Assembly (NCBI GenBank): GCA_020629755.1
Contig: JAHDCS010000001.1
Coordinates: forward strand, 72,103-136,102
Origin: Flavobacteriales bacterium
GTDB taxonomy: Bacteria; Bacteroidota; Bacteroidia; Flavobacteriales_G; JALEGO01
Length of the DNA stretch: 64,000 nt
Direction of reading: 5' to 3'
The notes under the pieces were generated by a model. It saw only the letters and a list, made by a program, of their open reading frames with translations, had not been told where the DNA came from and searched no databases. The position numbers and the translations under genes were made by a program. This document shows, piece after piece, positions 10,084 through 21,749 of the stretch; within the stretch, counting starts at the first letter, position 1; the number at the start of each line of letters is the position of its first letter.

Positions 10084-10737
10084 ATGGCTCACGTACATAT
10101 TTTAAATCAAACACCGTCTATTTTAGACCAATATCTTAGAGAAATTAGAGATGTAAAGATTCAAAACGATCCGCTTCGGTTTCAAAAAAATATGGAGCGT
10201 ATTGGGGCTTATATTGGCATAGAAATTTCTAAATTTTTATCTTATCACACCCAAAAAATCACAACGCCTTTAGATACTTGCGAAGTTTCTGTATTAGACC
10301 AACAACCTGTTTTAACCACTATTCTTAGAGCTGGCTTAGCCATGCACACAGGCTTACAATATATTTTTGATCATGCGCCTAGCGCATTTATCTCCGCGTA
10401 TAGAAAACCGCATACGGGCCGGCAAGTCGATATTGAAGTAGAATACCGTGCTTGTCCGTCGCTTGAAAATAAAACACTTATCCTTTCAGACCCCATGTTG
10501 GCAACTGGCTCATCTATGTATGCCAGTTACAAAGCTCTTTTGAAAAACGGACAACCTAAACAAACTCATTTGGCTGTGGCTATTGGCTCTCAAGATGGCC
10601 TTGACTATACCCTAGACAAATTCGATCAGAACACACATATTTGGATAGCGGCGCTAGACCCCACTTTAAATGACAAGAGTTATATTGTGCCTGGACTGGG
10701 TGACGCAGGAGATTTAGCCTTTGGCCCTAAGCTGTAA
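10084..10737 (+). CDS. upp: Uracil phosphoribosyltransferase
   Basis: PRPP-binding loop 'LILSDPMLATGSS' and C-terminal 'YIVPGLGDAGDLAFG'. Confidence 0.9.
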   Translation: MAHVHILNQTPSILDQYLREIRDVKIQNDPLRFQKNMERIGAYIGIEISKFLSYHTQKITTPLDTCEVSVLDQQPVLTTILRAGLAMHTGLQYIFDHAPSAFISAYRKPHTGRQVDIEVEYRACPSLENKTLILSDPMLATGSSMYASYKALLKNGQPKQTHLAVAIGSQDGLDYTLDKFDQNTHIWIAALDPTLNDKSYIVPGLGDAGDLAFGPKL

Positions 10738-10739
10738 AG

Positions 10740-11174
10740 ATGCTGTACAAAGCCATTCCGATTGCGCTTTTAGCTGGCGTTAAACTTTTTTTTACAGCCC
10801 CAGTTGCATTAGCTGCTGGTTTTACTAAGTTTGAATCATTCATCATTTTAGCCACCGGAGGGTGTTTAGGTATTTTGGTTTTTTATTTTTTTGGGGGGAT
10901 GATTACCCACCTAATAGCGTCACAAATACTAGCCTACTGGGGTAAAAAATCAAAACGCTTTTCTAAAACCTCTCGACTAACCGTCAAAATAAAGCGGCGT
11001 TCTGGCATCTACGGCATAGCCTTTTTAACCCCTTGTATTTTATCTATCCCGATTGGAAGCATTGTCGCTTACAATTATTATAGAAAAAACGCAATGACTT
11101 TACCCTTATTATTAAGCAGCACTATTTTATGGAGTTTTTTAGCGGTCATCATCTGGGGATTTATTCCGTTTTGA
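10740..11174 (+). CDS. Small polytopic membrane protein, function unknown
   Basis: 144 aa with about 4 hydrophobic helices. Starts 2 nt after the upp stop. Confidence 0.5.
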   Translation: MLYKAIPIALLAGVKLFFTAPVALAAGFTKFESFIILATGGCLGILVFYFFGGMITHLIASQILAYWGKKSKRFSKTSRLTVKIKRRSGIYGIAFLTPCILSIPIGSIVAYNYYRKNAMTLPLLLSSTILWSFLAVIIWGFIPF

Positions 11175-11228
11175 CCATTCGCAATACTAAGAAATTACCT
11201 ACCTTTACTGGTCTAATTTTAGCCTAAA

Positions 11229-14200
11229 ATGATTGGTGGACTTCTAAAAAAAATCTTCGGTACAAAATCTGAAAAAGACATAAAGGCCATTCGCCCCATT
11301 GTTGAGAAAATAAACAGTGCTTATGGTGCGTTATCGTCTATTTCTGATCAACAGCTCAGAGATAAAACGCTTGAATTTAAAACGAAAATTGATGCACATA
11401 TCAAAGAAGAGAAACAGAAAATTTCTGATTTAAAACAAAAAGCGCAAAAGGCATCCATCAATGAAAAAGACGATTTATTCAATCAGATTGATAAAATTGA
11501 GGAGCAAATCACCGAAAAATTAGAAGACGTTCTGCAGACTATTTTGCCTGAGGCTTTTGCAGTTGTCAAAGAAACCGCCAGACGATTTAAAGAACAAGGC
11601 CACCTCTCTGCCACAGCCACGGCCTTAGATAAAGAATTATCTCTTTCAAGAAAACATGTTGACGTATCCTCAGATAGAGTAACTTGGCAAAACTCTTGGG
11701 ATGCTGCCGGTACAGATATCACTTGGGATATGGTGCATTATGATGTACAACTCATTGGCGGAGTGGTACTGCATCAAGGTAAAATTGCTGAGATGCAAAC
11801 CGGTGAAGGTAAAACCCTTGTGGCTACTCTACCTATTTACCTGAACGCTTTAAGTGGCAGAGGCGTACATGTGGTTACCGTAAATAATTACCTTGCCAGA
11901 AGAGATGCTCTTTGGAATGCGCCTATTTTTGAATTTCACGGCTTAACAGTGGCCTGTATAGACAACCATCCGCCCAACTCTCCAGGACGTCGAGAAGCCT
12001 ATCAAGCCGACATTACTTATGGCACCAATAACGAATTTGGCTTTGATTATTTAAGAGATAACATGGCCCGAAACATTGAACACCTTGTGCAGCGTAAACA
12101 CAACTACGCCATTGTTGATGAAGTTGATTCAGTATTGATAGATGATGCGCGTACGCCTCTTATTATTTCTGGCGAAACGGCCAATGCAGACAAACACGAG
12201 TTTAATAATTACAAGCCTAAAGTTGAAAAACTCATGCGCGCTCAAAAGCAAGTAACAGGGCAATTTTTAATAGACGCAAAGGCTCTTTTAGCCACCACTG
12301 AAGAACAGGCAGGCAGTAAAAAAGCATTCAATGAAAAACAAACACAAGGCGGATTAGCCCTTTTAAGAGCCTATAGAGGGTTGCCTAAAAATAAAGCATT
12401 GATCAAATACTTAAGCGAACCAGGTATTAAGGCCGCTTTGCAAAAAACAGAGAACTTTTATCTGCAAGACAACGGCAAAGAAATGCCTAAAGTAGATGAA
12501 AAGCTCTATTTCACCATTGATGAAAAAAACAATGCCATTGAGCTTACCGAAATGGGCTTAGACCTTATTACCGGTAACTCAGACGACGCTAATTTCTTTA
12601 TACTGCCAGACATGGGGGCTAAAATTGCTGAATTGCAATCACAAGGCATGTCTCAAGAAGAGCTCATCGAAAAACGCACCTCTCTTCAACAAGACTATGA
12701 TGTTAAAGTAGAGCGTATCCATACCATCAATCAACTTTTAAAAGCCTATGCCCTTTTTGAAAAAGACACAGAGTATGTGGTGATGGACAATAAAGTAAAG
12801 ATTGTCGATGAACAAACTGGCCGTATCATGGATGGGCGCCGTTATTCAAATGGATTGCATCAAGCCATTGAAGCCAAAGAAAATGTTAAGGTAGAAAAAG
12901 CAACACAAACCTATGCGACGGTAACCCTTCAAAATTACTTTCGGATGTACAACAAGCTTTCAGGTATGACCGGTACCGCCGAAACTGAAGCCGAAGAGTT
13001 TTTTCAGATTTATGATTTAGATGTTATCATCATTCCCACCAATAAACCTATTGCTAGAGACGATCAGCAAGATTTAGTTTACAAAACCAATCGAGAAAAA
13101 TACAATGCTATTATTGATGAAGTACAAAAATTAGTGAGCGCGAAACGCCCTGTTCTTGTTGGTACAACCTCAGTAGAGTACTCCGAGTTGTTAAGTAAGA
13201 TGCTTAGAATGCGGAAAATAGAGCACAATGTCTTAAATGCAAAACTCCATGAAAAAGAAGCTGAAGTAGTCGCGCATGCTGGTAAGGCAGGGGCCGTTAC
13301 TATTGCTACGAACATGGCTGGTAGAGGAACTGACATTAAACTCAGAGAAGGCGTAAAAGAAGCTGGTGGGCTTGCTATTATTGGTACTGAAAGACACGAA
13401 TCAAGGCGCGTAGACCGACAGCTTAGAGGGCGATCGGGCCGTCAAGGCGATCCGGGGTCTTCTCAGTTTTTTGTGTCTTTAGAAGACAATCTTATGCGTT
13501 TGTTTGGCTCTGAGCGGATTGCAAGAATGATGGATCGCATGGGACACGAAGAAGGTGATGTGATTCAACACGGCATGATTACACGTTCTATTGAGCGCGC
13601 TCAAAAAAAGGTCGAAGAAAATAACTACGGCATCAGAAAACGCTTATTGGAGTATGATGATGTAATGAATGCACAAAGAGAAGTCATTTATAAAAAGCGT
13701 CGAAATGCACTTTACGAAGACCGCCTGATTTTAGACATCAGCGATGCCATTTATGATGTTTGTGCTGGCATTAGCGCTCAATATTTAGAGTCAAAAGATT
13801 ATCAGGGATTTAAAATTGAATTGTTCTCGGCTTTATCTATTGCAGAGCCTCCTGTAAATGAAGAAGAGTTCTCAAGAGCCTCAAAACAAGAGTTAACCGA
13901 TCAAATTTTTCAATTGGCTTATAAGGGATACGCTGAAAAGAAAAAGCACATTGCAAATGTTGTATTTAATGCCGTTAAAGATGTGATTAAAAACAATCCC
14001 GAGATGTCAAACAATCTGCCTCCTATTGGGTTTACCGATGGGCAAAAGGTGATTGGTTTTAGATTCAATAGAGATGAGCTAATGAATTCTAACGGGATGC
14101 ACGTGTGCACCCAACTTGAGAAAATTATTAGTTTAGGATTTATTGACGATGCTTGGAAAGAACACCTAAGAGAACTAGACGATCTAAAGCAATACATTCA

Positions 14201-14567
14201 AGGCGCCGCTCAGTACGAACAAAAAGACCCTCTAGTGACGTATAAGATTGAATCGTTTGATCTATTTGAACAAATGGTCAGCAAGGTCAATACAGAAATT
14301 GTAGCCTTCTTACTCAAAGCAAATATTTACGCGCAACAAGTTGTCAATAAAGAAGTCAAAGAAACGCAAGAAGATCCTAATTTCAGGAATATGCAGACCT
14401 CTCGTAACGACCTTGCAGCGTCAAATAATGCTCAAGAACAAGCCAGAAATCAAGCACAAGGCGGCGAGAAAGTAAAAAAACAACCTGCCGTTGCTGAACC
14501 AAAAGTGGGCCGAAATGACCCCTGTCCATGCGGATCTGGCAAAAAATACAAAAGCTGCCACGGATAA
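11229..14567 (+). CDS. secA: Preprotein translocase ATPase SecA
   Basis: Walker A '[11 protein letters not shown]', DEAD-like '[18 protein letters not shown]', and C-terminal zinc-binding '[14 protein letters not shown]'. Confidence 0.97.
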   Translation: MIGGLLKKIFGTKSEKDIKAIRPIVEKINSAYGALSSISDQQLRDKTLEFKTKIDAHIKEEKQKISDLKQKAQKASINEKDDLFNQIDKIEEQITEKLEDVLQTILPEAFAVVKETARRFKEQGHLSATATALDKELSLSRKHVDVSSDRVTWQNSWDAAGTDITWDMVHYDVQLIGGVVLHQGKIAEMQTGEGKTLVATLPIYLNALSGRGVHVVTVNNYLARRDALWNAPIFEFHGLTVACIDNHPPNSPGRREAYQADITYGTNNEFGFDYLRDNMARNIEHLVQRKHNYAIVDEVDSVLIDDARTPLIISGETANADKHEFNNYKPKVEKLMRAQKQVTGQFLIDAKALLATTEEQAGSKKAFNEKQTQGGLALLRAYRGLPKNKALIKYLSEPGIKAALQKTENFYLQDNGKEMPKVDEKLYFTIDEKNNAIELTEMGLDLITGNSDDANFFILPDMGAKIAELQSQGMSQEELIEKRTSLQQDYDVKVERIHTINQLLKAYALFEKDTEYVVMDNKVKIVDEQTGRIMDGRRYSNGLHQAIEAKENVKVEKATQTYATVTLQNYFRMYNKLSGMTGTAETEAEEFFQIYDLDVIIIPTNKPIARDDQQDLVYKTNREKYNAIIDEVQKLVSAKRPVLVGTTSVEYSELLSKMLRMRKIEHNVLNAKLHEKEAEVVAHAGKAGAVTIATNMAGRGTDIKLREGVKEAGGLAIIGTERHESRRVDRQLRGRSGRQGDPGSSQFFVSLEDNLMRLFGSERIARMMDRMGHEEGDVIQHGMITRSIERAQKKVEENNYGIRKRLLEYDDVMNAQREVIYKKRRNALYEDRLILDISDAIYDVCAGISAQYLESKDYQGFKIELFSALSIAEPPVNEEEFSRASKQELTDQIFQLAYKGYAEKKKHIANVVFNAVKDVIKNNPEMSNNLPPIGFTDGQKVIGFRFNRDELMNSNGMHVCTQLEKIISLGFIDDAWKEHLRELDDLKQYIQGAAQYEQKDPLVTYKIESFDLFEQMVSKVNTEIVAFLLKANIYAQQVVNKEVKETQEDPNFRNMQTSRNDLAASNNAQEQARNQAQGGEKVKKQPAVAEPKVGRNDPCPCGSGKKYKSCHG

Positions 14568-14596
14568 TTTCCTTTTGGGCTTTTGACCGATACTTT

Positions 14597-15199
14597 TTAC
14601 AGACTAAGGCTAAGTTGCTTTTGTTTTAATTGAAAACTTTTTCTGTGATAGGGCGATAAGCCTATATCTAAAACAGCCTTACGGTGTTCAAGTGTAGGAT
14701 ATCCTTTATTCTTTTTCCAGGCGTATGACGGATATTCTAGATCTATTCTCTGCATGTACGCATCTCTATTTGTCTTGGCTAAAATAGAAGCCGCTGCAAT
14801 AGACATAAAGCGCGCATCCCCTTTGATTTCACAACTAAACGGAATATCTAAGCTTGTTTTAAACCGATGTCCGTCAATCAATAAAAATTCTGGCGATACA
14901 CCCAAGGCCTTTATGGCATTTTCCATGGCTAAAAAAGAAGCATTTAAAATGTTAATTTGATCAATCGTTTTGTGGTCTACAAAACAAACCGCAAAAGCCA
15001 TTGCTTTTTTTTCAATCTCTAGTTTAAGCGCTATTCTTTTTTTAACAGACAGCTTTTTTGAATCATCTAAGCCTTTTATGGGGTGTTTTGGATCTAAAAT
15101 AACAGCTGCTGCCACCACTGGCCCAGCCAAACACCCTCTGCCTGCTTCATCAGCACCTGCTTCTATGCGGTTTTTGTCTTTATACGCCAACAAGCTCAT
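14597..15199 (-). CDS. rnhB: Ribonuclease HII
   Basis: Motif 'AGADEAGRGCLAGPVV' and a 200-aa size typical of RNase HII. Confidence 0.9.
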   Translation of the reverse strand: MSLLAYKDKNRIEAGADEAGRGCLAGPVVAAAVILDPKHPIKGLDDSKKLSVKKRIALKLEIEKKAMAFAVCFVDHKTIDQINILNASFLAMENAIKALGVSPEFLLIDGHRFKTSLDIPFSCEIKGDARFMSIAAASILAKTNRDAYMQRIDLEYPSYAWKKNKGYPTLEHRKAVLDIGLSPYHRKSFQLKQKQLSLSL

Positions 15200-16271
15200 T
15201 CAGCAGTGTCTTTAATTTTTGTGCCGTATCATCCCAACTAAATCGTTTAAGGTTAATCTTGGCCTTTTGCGCCAAGGCTTCCCTTAGGTTTTGTGCTAAA
15301 ACCAGCTGCATTTTTTGCGCTATCTCTTCAGTATCTTCCGGATCGCAATAAAGCGCCGCATCACCTCCAATTTCAGGCATAGATGAGGTATTTGAAGTAA
15401 TGACCGGAACACCAAAATGCATCGCTTCTAATATTGGCATACCAAATCCCTCCAAAAAAGACACATACAACAGTGCTTTTGCTCCAGAAAGATAATGCGC
15501 ATATTCGCTATCAGATATCCGCCCAAGAAAAACCACACTGTCTTTAAACTTTGAGCTCTTAAATTCTTTTTTAATCAACTTAGAATTGCCTCTACCAGCA
15601 ACATAAAATTTAAGCCCTTGCGTGTCAGTCTCTTTAAATCTTAAAAAAGCCTGAATTTGTCGTTTAATGTTTTTGCGCTCATTTAAGTTGCCAATGAAGA
15701 AAAAATAATGCTCTGAATGTTTTAAGCTTGGAGCGGGCAAACGCCTTATGCCGTTATATAATACGGTAATGTTTTTTGGGGGGATGTTATACTGCTTAGC
15801 AATATCTTGCTGGCAATACGCCGATACACTACAAAGTTTTGAGGCGGCCTTGGCATAACGCTTAAAAAAAACACTGTAAAACCATTGGTGTGAACCCTTA
15901 TAGTGCTGCGGATAATGAAGGAAATGAATGTCGTGTAAAAGAACAATGGACTTAATCGGATTTAATAATTGCCCAAAGCCTTCTAAAGAAATAAAAACAT
16001 CGGCCTTTATTTCTCTGAGTTTCTTGTTGACCTTATACTCAAACCAATACGCCCATAAAATAGGATGGCGTGCTTTAGGGCTTAGTACAACAGGGATAAT
16101 ATTTTTTTGATACACAAAAGACGCATCAAAGCTTCTATCAAAGAAAAAATAAAAGGTATGCTCAGGCAAAAGCTTAACAAGGCGCTGTAGAATTTCGTGT
16201 TTTACATAGCCAATACCCTCTAACTTATCTTGAATAAGTAAGCGCGCATTAACCCCTATGATTTTTGACAA
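15180..16271 (-). CDS. Glycosyltransferase, GT4/GT1 (GT-B fold) family
   Basis: C-terminal half 'EGFGMPILEAMHFGVPVITSNTSSMPEIGGDAALYCDP' is the EX7E-type GT4 motif. Confidence 0.8.
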   Translation of the reverse strand: MSKIIGVNARLLIQDKLEGIGYVKHEILQRLVKLLPEHTFYFFFDRSFDASFVYQKNIIPVVLSPKARHPILWAYWFEYKVNKKLREIKADVFISLEGFGQLLNPIKSIVLLHDIHFLHYPQHYKGSHQWFYSVFFKRYAKAASKLCSVSAYCQQDIAKQYNIPPKNITVLYNGIRRLPAPSLKHSEHYFFFIGNLNERKNIKRQIQAFLRFKETDTQGLKFYVAGRGNSKLIKKEFKSSKFKDSVVFLGRISDSEYAHYLSGAKALLYVSFLEGFGMPILEAMHFGVPVITSNTSSMPEIGGDAALYCDPEDTEEIAQKMQLVLAQNLREALAQKAKINLKRFSWDDTAQKLKTLLNELVGV

Positions 16272-16280
16272 GAGACGTTT

Positions 16281-18350
16281 TTAAAAATCTAAACGCATGT
16301 CTTCTACCCCTGCAGATTCTTTAAGCGCTTTTAAGGCTTCTGTAGAGAGTCTTCTTTGGTAAGAGCTTTGAGTAGCACTAAATCGAGCAGGCGTTTCTTC
16401 AGAAACTAAATCAAGTACTTCAACGGCATACACTCCAAATTCTCCTGGAATGGTCTTTACTGCCTGATTCTTTTGCATTGAAAACACCCCGCCTATTACA
16501 GCAAACTCATTTCCGATGCCCGGAATAGAGAACGATGAAAATGAAATGCTTTGTGCTGTATCTACTGAAGATTGCCATGCATTTGCGATAGCGCTCAAAT
16601 TAGACCCGTTTTGCATAGCCTTAATTTTTTCTGCTTTTTTAGCTTTAATCACTTCAGTCTGAACGAATTCTTTCATCGTTTCAAAATCAAGTGTTCCTTC
16701 TGCTCTAATATCAGAAAGTTTAGCGACTATAATTTGATTTTCAAATTCGGTAGGTTCAGACACCGCATCTTTCTCTGACGTATAAATCCATTTAAGCAAC
16801 TCTTTATGCTCTCCGAGGCCTGAAATCTGCTTATCTGTTTTTTTAATTCTATCGGCTTGGCGCATGCCCATCTCATTTGCTTTTGTATCAAATGCGGCAG
16901 CATCATTTTCAGTATTTATAGAAAATGCACTCGCCTTATTATAGGCCTCTTCTTGGGTATACTTACTGGGCTGAATGTATCTGTCAACTTGAGCGATTAA
17001 CCTTTTTTCTGTGGCTTGTGTTTGCTCTGTAATATTCACGATATGCAATCCGTAATTAGAAATTACAGATACTACATCTCCTTTTTTTCCGTTGAAACAA
17101 GCATCGTTCAAAGACTTAAGCATTTGCCCTTCTTGAAACCAACCCAAATCACCCCCTTTATCTTTAGTGCCTTGATCTTGTGAGTGCTGCATGGCTAAAA
17201 TAGCAAAAGGCGTTCCTGATTTAGCTACAGCGATTAAACTATCAGCCTTTAGTTGAGCTGTTGCTGTATCAGCATTCTGAATAGGAATTAAAATATGGCT
17301 AGCCTTCACAGAATCAGGCCCGAACTTTACCTCTAAGAGTTTCACTAAATTATAGGCGCCACTTAGCGGATCATAAATAGGGCCTCTTACCTGTCCGTTT
17401 TGCATAGAAAACACAACAGAATCAAGTTCTGGTGCAATTGTTTTTTTAGTGGCATATTTTATTTGTTTTGTTTTGTTGGCATATGACTGTACAAAAGCAG
17501 TATCGGCTGTGGTGGTCAAAAACTTTTCTTTTAAGGTTGCCATGTTTTTAAAATTCTCAGCAGAATCTTCTGCAGTGGCCTGAATCGGAAAACTTACGTA
17601 CGAAATACTGCGTTCTTCTTGCGTTTGTTTAAAGGCTTGCTTTTGTTTGTTGTTCTGGTAGTAGTCTTTTAACTCAGCCTCTGTATATGACACGTCTGTA
17701 TCTAAAACATCTGTATACCGCTTAAGGGTATAGGCAATTTTTGCTTTTGTGTTTTGGTACAACTGTTCTTGATTTTTTTGCGCTTTGGTCACGTAAAGCC
17801 CTTTTTGAAGTAGCCCGTAGTATTTACTAACGGCTCTGTCTTTTTTAATGCTTTGCTCTAAATTAATCCACTGGTGTGATTTTTCATCATCTTCTAAAAG
17901 TGTATTCATCACCTGCCTCACTTGCTGAGGATTAAATTGACCTGTTTTAGGGTCTGTAAAGTTTTGTTTGATGATTTGATGAGGGTTTTGTCCGAAAATC
18001 AGATTATTTAATTCAGCTGCAGAAACCCCTAGACCCAATGCTTGAGCAGGCTTTATAAGCACATGTTCTTCTTCAATTTCAGTCCAAACTTGATCTCTAA
18101 TCTGATCAGACAATTCGGCCGGAAGAGTCAATTGCCCGGTGTTCTCTTTGTATTGAGCTATTCTATCTTGTACTTTTTGCTCAAATTCTTTAGCTGTAAT
18201 CTCTTGACCGGCAACTTCACCAATGTTTCTTGAAACCGCCCCCCCTGCTCCAGGGTTAAAGAGTTCACTTAAAACAAACAACACCATTGCTGTACCAATT
18301 ACAAAGAAAAGTAGAATTTTATTATTTCTGATATTTGTTATAACTGCCAT
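16281..18350 (-). CDS. Periplasmic chaperone / peptidyl-prolyl isomerase (PpiD/SurA-like, parvulin domain)
   Basis: N-terminal membrane anchor. Parvulin motifs 'VKASHILI' and 'GGDLGWF'. Confidence 0.8.
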   Translation of the reverse strand: MAVITNIRNNKILLFFVIGTAMVLFVLSELFNPGAGGAVSRNIGEVAGQEITAKEFEQKVQDRIAQYKENTGQLTLPAELSDQIRDQVWTEIEEEHVLIKPAQALGLGVSAAELNNLIFGQNPHQIIKQNFTDPKTGQFNPQQVRQVMNTLLEDDEKSHQWINLEQSIKKDRAVSKYYGLLQKGLYVTKAQKNQEQLYQNTKAKIAYTLKRYTDVLDTDVSYTEAELKDYYQNNKQKQAFKQTQEERSISYVSFPIQATAEDSAENFKNMATLKEKFLTTTADTAFVQSYANKTKQIKYATKKTIAPELDSVVFSMQNGQVRGPIYDPLSGAYNLVKLLEVKFGPDSVKASHILIPIQNADTATAQLKADSLIAVAKSGTPFAILAMQHSQDQGTKDKGGDLGWFQEGQMLKSLNDACFNGKKGDVVSVISNYGLHIVNITEQTQATEKRLIAQVDRYIQPSKYTQEEAYNKASAFSINTENDAAAFDTKANEMGMRQADRIKKTDKQISGLGEHKELLKWIYTSEKDAVSEPTEFENQIIVAKLSDIRAEGTLDFETMKEFVQTEVIKAKKAEKIKAMQNGSNLSAIANAWQSSVDTAQSISFSSFSIPGIGNEFAVIGGVFSMQKNQAVKTIPGEFGVYAVEVLDLVSEETPARFSATQSSYQRRLSTEALKALKESAGVEDMRLDF

Positions 18351-18415
18351 CTGTATTAAAAATTAAAGGGCAAATATATAAGAATCTCTTCAAAACAGAG
18401 AGTAATTTAGGAAGC

Positions 18416-19681
18416 TCATTGTGCCAAGAAAGCTTCTTTTTGATCTAAAACATGCAATTCAATGAGTTCTATTCTGTTTTTCTCTACTTTTTTAATCTTA
18501 AACGTAAATGCGTTGTCGTACTGAATTTCTTCTTTTTCTTTGGGGATGCGTTCTGTAATCTGAATAACCGTTCCGCCAAGCGTTTCTACGCCTTCAAAAT
18601 CTGGTAAATTAAGCCCATATGTCTCATTGAGGTAATCAATCTCGTGGCGTGCAGAGAACAGAAAGGTATGCGCATTTATTTTTTTATCTACTAAATCTTC
18701 GGAATCGTGTTCATCTTCAATTTCGCCAGTAAATTCTTCTACAACATCTTCAATGGTTAACATACCGGATGTTCCGCCAAGTGCATCAACCACTACTGCC
18801 ACACTTTTTTGCTTTTTAATAAAAAGCGCCAAAAGATCATTCGCTGGCATAGTTTGAGGCACCACAAAAATGGGCATCAGCATGCTTTTGATGGTCTTGG
18901 GTTCTTTAAAGAGTTCAAAGTGGTGAACATAGCCAATGATATTGTCTATATTTTCTCTGTATACTAAAATTTTTGAATGCTCTGTACTTAAAAACAACCG
19001 CGTGAGCTCTTTGAGGTCTTTACTTACTTCAATGGCTACAATATCGGTTCTTGGCACCATGCATTCTCTTGCTTTTTTATCCGTTAAGCTAAGGGCGTTT
19101 TTAAACAAACGTACTTCGTGTTCCATGTCTTGAAGTTCGGCGCCTTGGGTTTTTTCATTCAAATAATAGTCTAAGTCAACCTTGCCAAAGGTGAGGTCTT
19201 TATCTGTGTGTTGGCTAGATGGAAAAAACAAACTAGAGAGCCCCGTCATAACCAAAGAAGGAATGTACAATATCATGTATATAATAGAGGTAGGAATAGC
19301 AAAAAATTCTAATGCCGTATTGGCTTTCTTTTTAAAAATCATTTTAGGTATAAACTCTGCTGTTACCAGTATAATAAGCGTCGATAAAATAATTTGCGCT
19401 ATAAATACCACAAAAGCATTGGGTATGATCTGAGTTAAAAATGGCTCAAATAATTTTGCGGTTAACAATCCATAAATCACCAATGAAATGTTATTGCCAA
19501 TCAGCATAGCCCCAATAAAAACAGAAGGGTTTTTCTCGATCATATTCAATAAAAATCCACGCACATCTTTTCTGCTTTTTTTAAGTTCTAATTGCAGCCG
19601 ATTGGCAGACACGTAAGCAATTTCCATCCCCGAAAAAAAGGCCGAAAAAAGAATTGAGAGTAGAATGAATAAATAAATCAA
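18416..19681 (-). CDS. CNNM/HlyC-CorC family membrane protein (DUF21 + CBS pair + CorC_HlyC; GldE-like)
   Basis: Four N-terminal TM helices, a CBS-pair region and C-terminal 'TFKIKKVEKNRIELIELHV'. GldE identity was not established. Confidence 0.75.
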   Translation of the reverse strand: MIYLFILLSILFSAFFSGMEIAYVSANRLQLELKKSRKDVRGFLLNMIEKNPSVFIGAMLIGNNISLVIYGLLTAKLFEPFLTQIIPNAFVVFIAQIILSTLIILVTAEFIPKMIFKKKANTALEFFAIPTSIIYMILYIPSLVMTGLSSLFFPSSQHTDKDLTFGKVDLDYYLNEKTQGAELQDMEHEVRLFKNALSLTDKKARECMVPRTDIVAIEVSKDLKELTRLFLSTEHSKILVYRENIDNIIGYVHHFELFKEPKTIKSMLMPIFVVPQTMPANDLLALFIKKQKSVAVVVDALGGTSGMLTIEDVVEEFTGEIEDEHDSEDLVDKKINAHTFLFSARHEIDYLNETYGLNLPDFEGVETLGGTVIQITERIPKEKEEIQYDNAFTFKIKKVEKNRIELIELHVLDQKEAFLAQ

Positions 19682-19860
19682 AGCTTATTCTTCTTAAGAA
19701 ATCTATAACGTAAAACAAACATGAGTAGCGCTCCGAGACACAACAAAGCCATCATTGGGTTAAAATACCCCATTTTATATTTAAAATACAGATTAAGGAT
19801 CAATGTAAATATAAACACCGAAAGCCAAAAAAAGGTCATAATTTTTGTGTAACTGATCAT
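19678..19860 (-). CDS. Small two-helix membrane protein (hypothetical)
   Basis: 60-aa ORF with two hydrophobic segments, tightly packed (4-nt overlap) between lptC and the CNNM gene. Confidence 0.35.
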   Translation of the reverse strand: MISYTKIMTFFWLSVFIFTLILNLYFKYKMGYFNPMMALLCLGALLMFVLRYRFLKKNKL

Positions 19861-19863
19861 CGC

Positions 19864-20460
19864 TTAAAATCCGTATTCGTTTTTATTAACATTTAGAATG
19901 CCTTCAATATCTAAAATCTTATACCAAGAAAAGTCTTCGTTGGCCTCTAATCCTCTGCCGTAAATAACCTCGTCTTTGGTTACAATTTTAACAAAATCAT
20001 TAGAATATATTTTTTTGGATTCTTTATCCCACCACAAATCTTCTCCGGTTAGTATATCTCCTTTTGCATTTATGATTTTAACGTTTTTTTTGGCCAACAA
20101 TCGATCATCTGACTCGTAATTAATGGCATAATCAGACGTTATAATGGTATTGGTATCGCCCTGTTGATTAAAAAAAACAACCTCAACGCCTTTCGGGAAT
20201 TCTAGATAAGACGAGTCGCTGTTGTGTTTGTAACGTTCTAAAACAGGTGCCGAAAGCACAAACTCTACAACTGCTGAATCGCTATGAATCATCTCAATGT
20301 TTTCGGCAAATTCTATAGGCGCATCTTTTATAGTAATGGCCTGAATCTCTTCGAGCGAATTCTCGCAAGAGATCATCCCTCCCAAAAAAAATAGAACAAT
20401 TAACGTTTTAAAATGCAATGAGCGTTTATTTAAAAAACCTTGCTGTGGTTGTTTCGCCAA
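19864..20460 (-). CDS. lptC: LPS export system protein LptC-like
   Basis: About 200 aa with an N-terminal anchor 'LIVLFFLGGMISC' and an OstA/LptC-like beta-jellyroll pattern. Conserved position next to the TPR and CNNM genes in Flavobacteriia. Confidence 0.6.
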   Translation of the reverse strand: MAKQPQQGFLNKRSLHFKTLIVLFFLGGMISCENSLEEIQAITIKDAPIEFAENIEMIHSDSAVVEFVLSAPVLERYKHNSDSSYLEFPKGVEVVFFNQQGDTNTIITSDYAINYESDDRLLAKKNVKIINAKGDILTGEDLWWDKESKKIYSNDFVKIVTKDEVIYGRGLEANEDFSWYKILDIEGILNVNKNEYGF

Positions 20461-21742
20461 TCCAGCCTTTTACAGTATAGCTGCTTCCTTCGGTGATGTT
20501 GTAAAAAAAGCAATCTTCTTTTCCAGGGAAGTACCCTGAAAATTTATTGATGCTTTGCTGTGCCTTAGACGCTACTGAAGCATCAACCGCTTTAGCTTTT
20601 TGAAATTTATCTACCGCTGCCCAATAACCCGCTTTTTTCTCACAGGCATTATCGCCACAAGAAGAGGCTCCCGATGCATAGGCATTACCTATAACCATGT
20701 AAGCTGCTCCAGAATTTGGATTAATTGCCAACACCTCTCTGGCAAATTTTCGCGCATTTGAATACTTTCTAGACGCTAAATAACACTTTGCCGCATTTAA
20801 ATATGCTTTTTCTTTAAAGGCATTATCGCTACTTAATTCAGCTGCTTGCTTAAACAAAGGCGCTGCTTTATCGCAATTATCTTTCTGATTTACCCCTAAA
20901 GCATAGGCTGATTCGGCAGAAGGATTTTGCTCATGTAGTTTAGAGGCGGCCTTAAAAAACAATGACGATTCTGTACACTTCGATTTTTCTAAAGTAGAAG
21001 TAATGGTTTTTAACAGTTCTGTATCTGTAGAATTTTCATTGAACTTTTTGGTGTATATCTCAATAATATCGTCACAAGTGGCTACTTTACTAAAGTATTT
21101 ATCGACCTGCTCAGACACCTGTGTGTAAGCTGATTTTGACTTCTCTGATTTATTAGGATCAGACAATGCTTTTTGAATAACATCACTAATTTTAGGATAA
21201 AAATCAATGACATCTTGCTTGGTTTTATCACCGCGTTTAAACAACTTGTATTCTGATAAAAATAAATAATACAACGGATTGGCTTCAGATTTTTCTTTTT
21301 GAAGCTCAAAGGATTTAGTAAGCGTTGCATAAGCATCATCTAAATGGGCCTTACCCATTTTATAAAGCTGGGTGCCTTTTCGACCCAACACAAAACCTTC
21401 TTCACCAAAATGCTTGATTCTTAAATCATACAAAGCCAATAACTGCTCTTCAAGAATTGCCTTTTTAGCCTCATCTTGTTCTTCTTTGATAAGCGCCTGG
21501 TAGGCTTTGGCTCCTTGCTGATACACCGACTTAGAAAGTTTAGGGCAATACTTTATGGTATTGTTAAGTGGCTCTAAAACAGATGCGTAATTTTTTTGCT
21601 TATAATACTCTGTATACAAGGAGTAATTCTTGACACACTCCGCGCTATCTTGAGGCGTTTCGCCATAATTAAAGTCTTGTGCTTGCGCAGTGAATGCAAG
21701 CGTAAAAAAAGAACTTAACGTAATGATTTGTTTTTTCATCAT
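20426..21742 (-). CDS. Tetratricopeptide-repeat protein (secreted)
   Basis: Signal peptide 'MMKKQIITLSSFFTLAFTAQA' followed by multiple TPR-like A/Y/K-rich helical repeats. Confidence 0.6.
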   Translation of the reverse strand: MMKKQIITLSSFFTLAFTAQAQDFNYGETPQDSAECVKNYSLYTEYYKQKNYASVLEPLNNTIKYCPKLSKSVYQQGAKAYQALIKEEQDEAKKAILEEQLLALYDLRIKHFGEEGFVLGRKGTQLYKMGKAHLDDAYATLTKSFELQKEKSEANPLYYLFLSEYKLFKRGDKTKQDVIDFYPKISDVIQKALSDPNKSEKSKSAYTQVSEQVDKYFSKVATCDDIIEIYTKKFNENSTDTELLKTITSTLEKSKCTESSLFFKAASKLHEQNPSAESAYALGVNQKDNCDKAAPLFKQAAELSSDNAFKEKAYLNAAKCYLASRKYSNARKFAREVLAINPNSGAAYMVIGNAYASGASSCGDNACEKKAGYWAAVDKFQKAKAVDASVASKAQQSINKFSGYFPGKEDCFFYNITEGSSYTVKGWIGETTTARFFK

Positions 21743-21749
21743 GGTAAAT

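Noticed and set aside
18416-19681. Calling this gene gldE (gliding motility)
   Set aside because: The domain architecture fits, but CNNM/CorC-type proteins are widespread and no gldD neighbour is present. It was kept as a family-level call.
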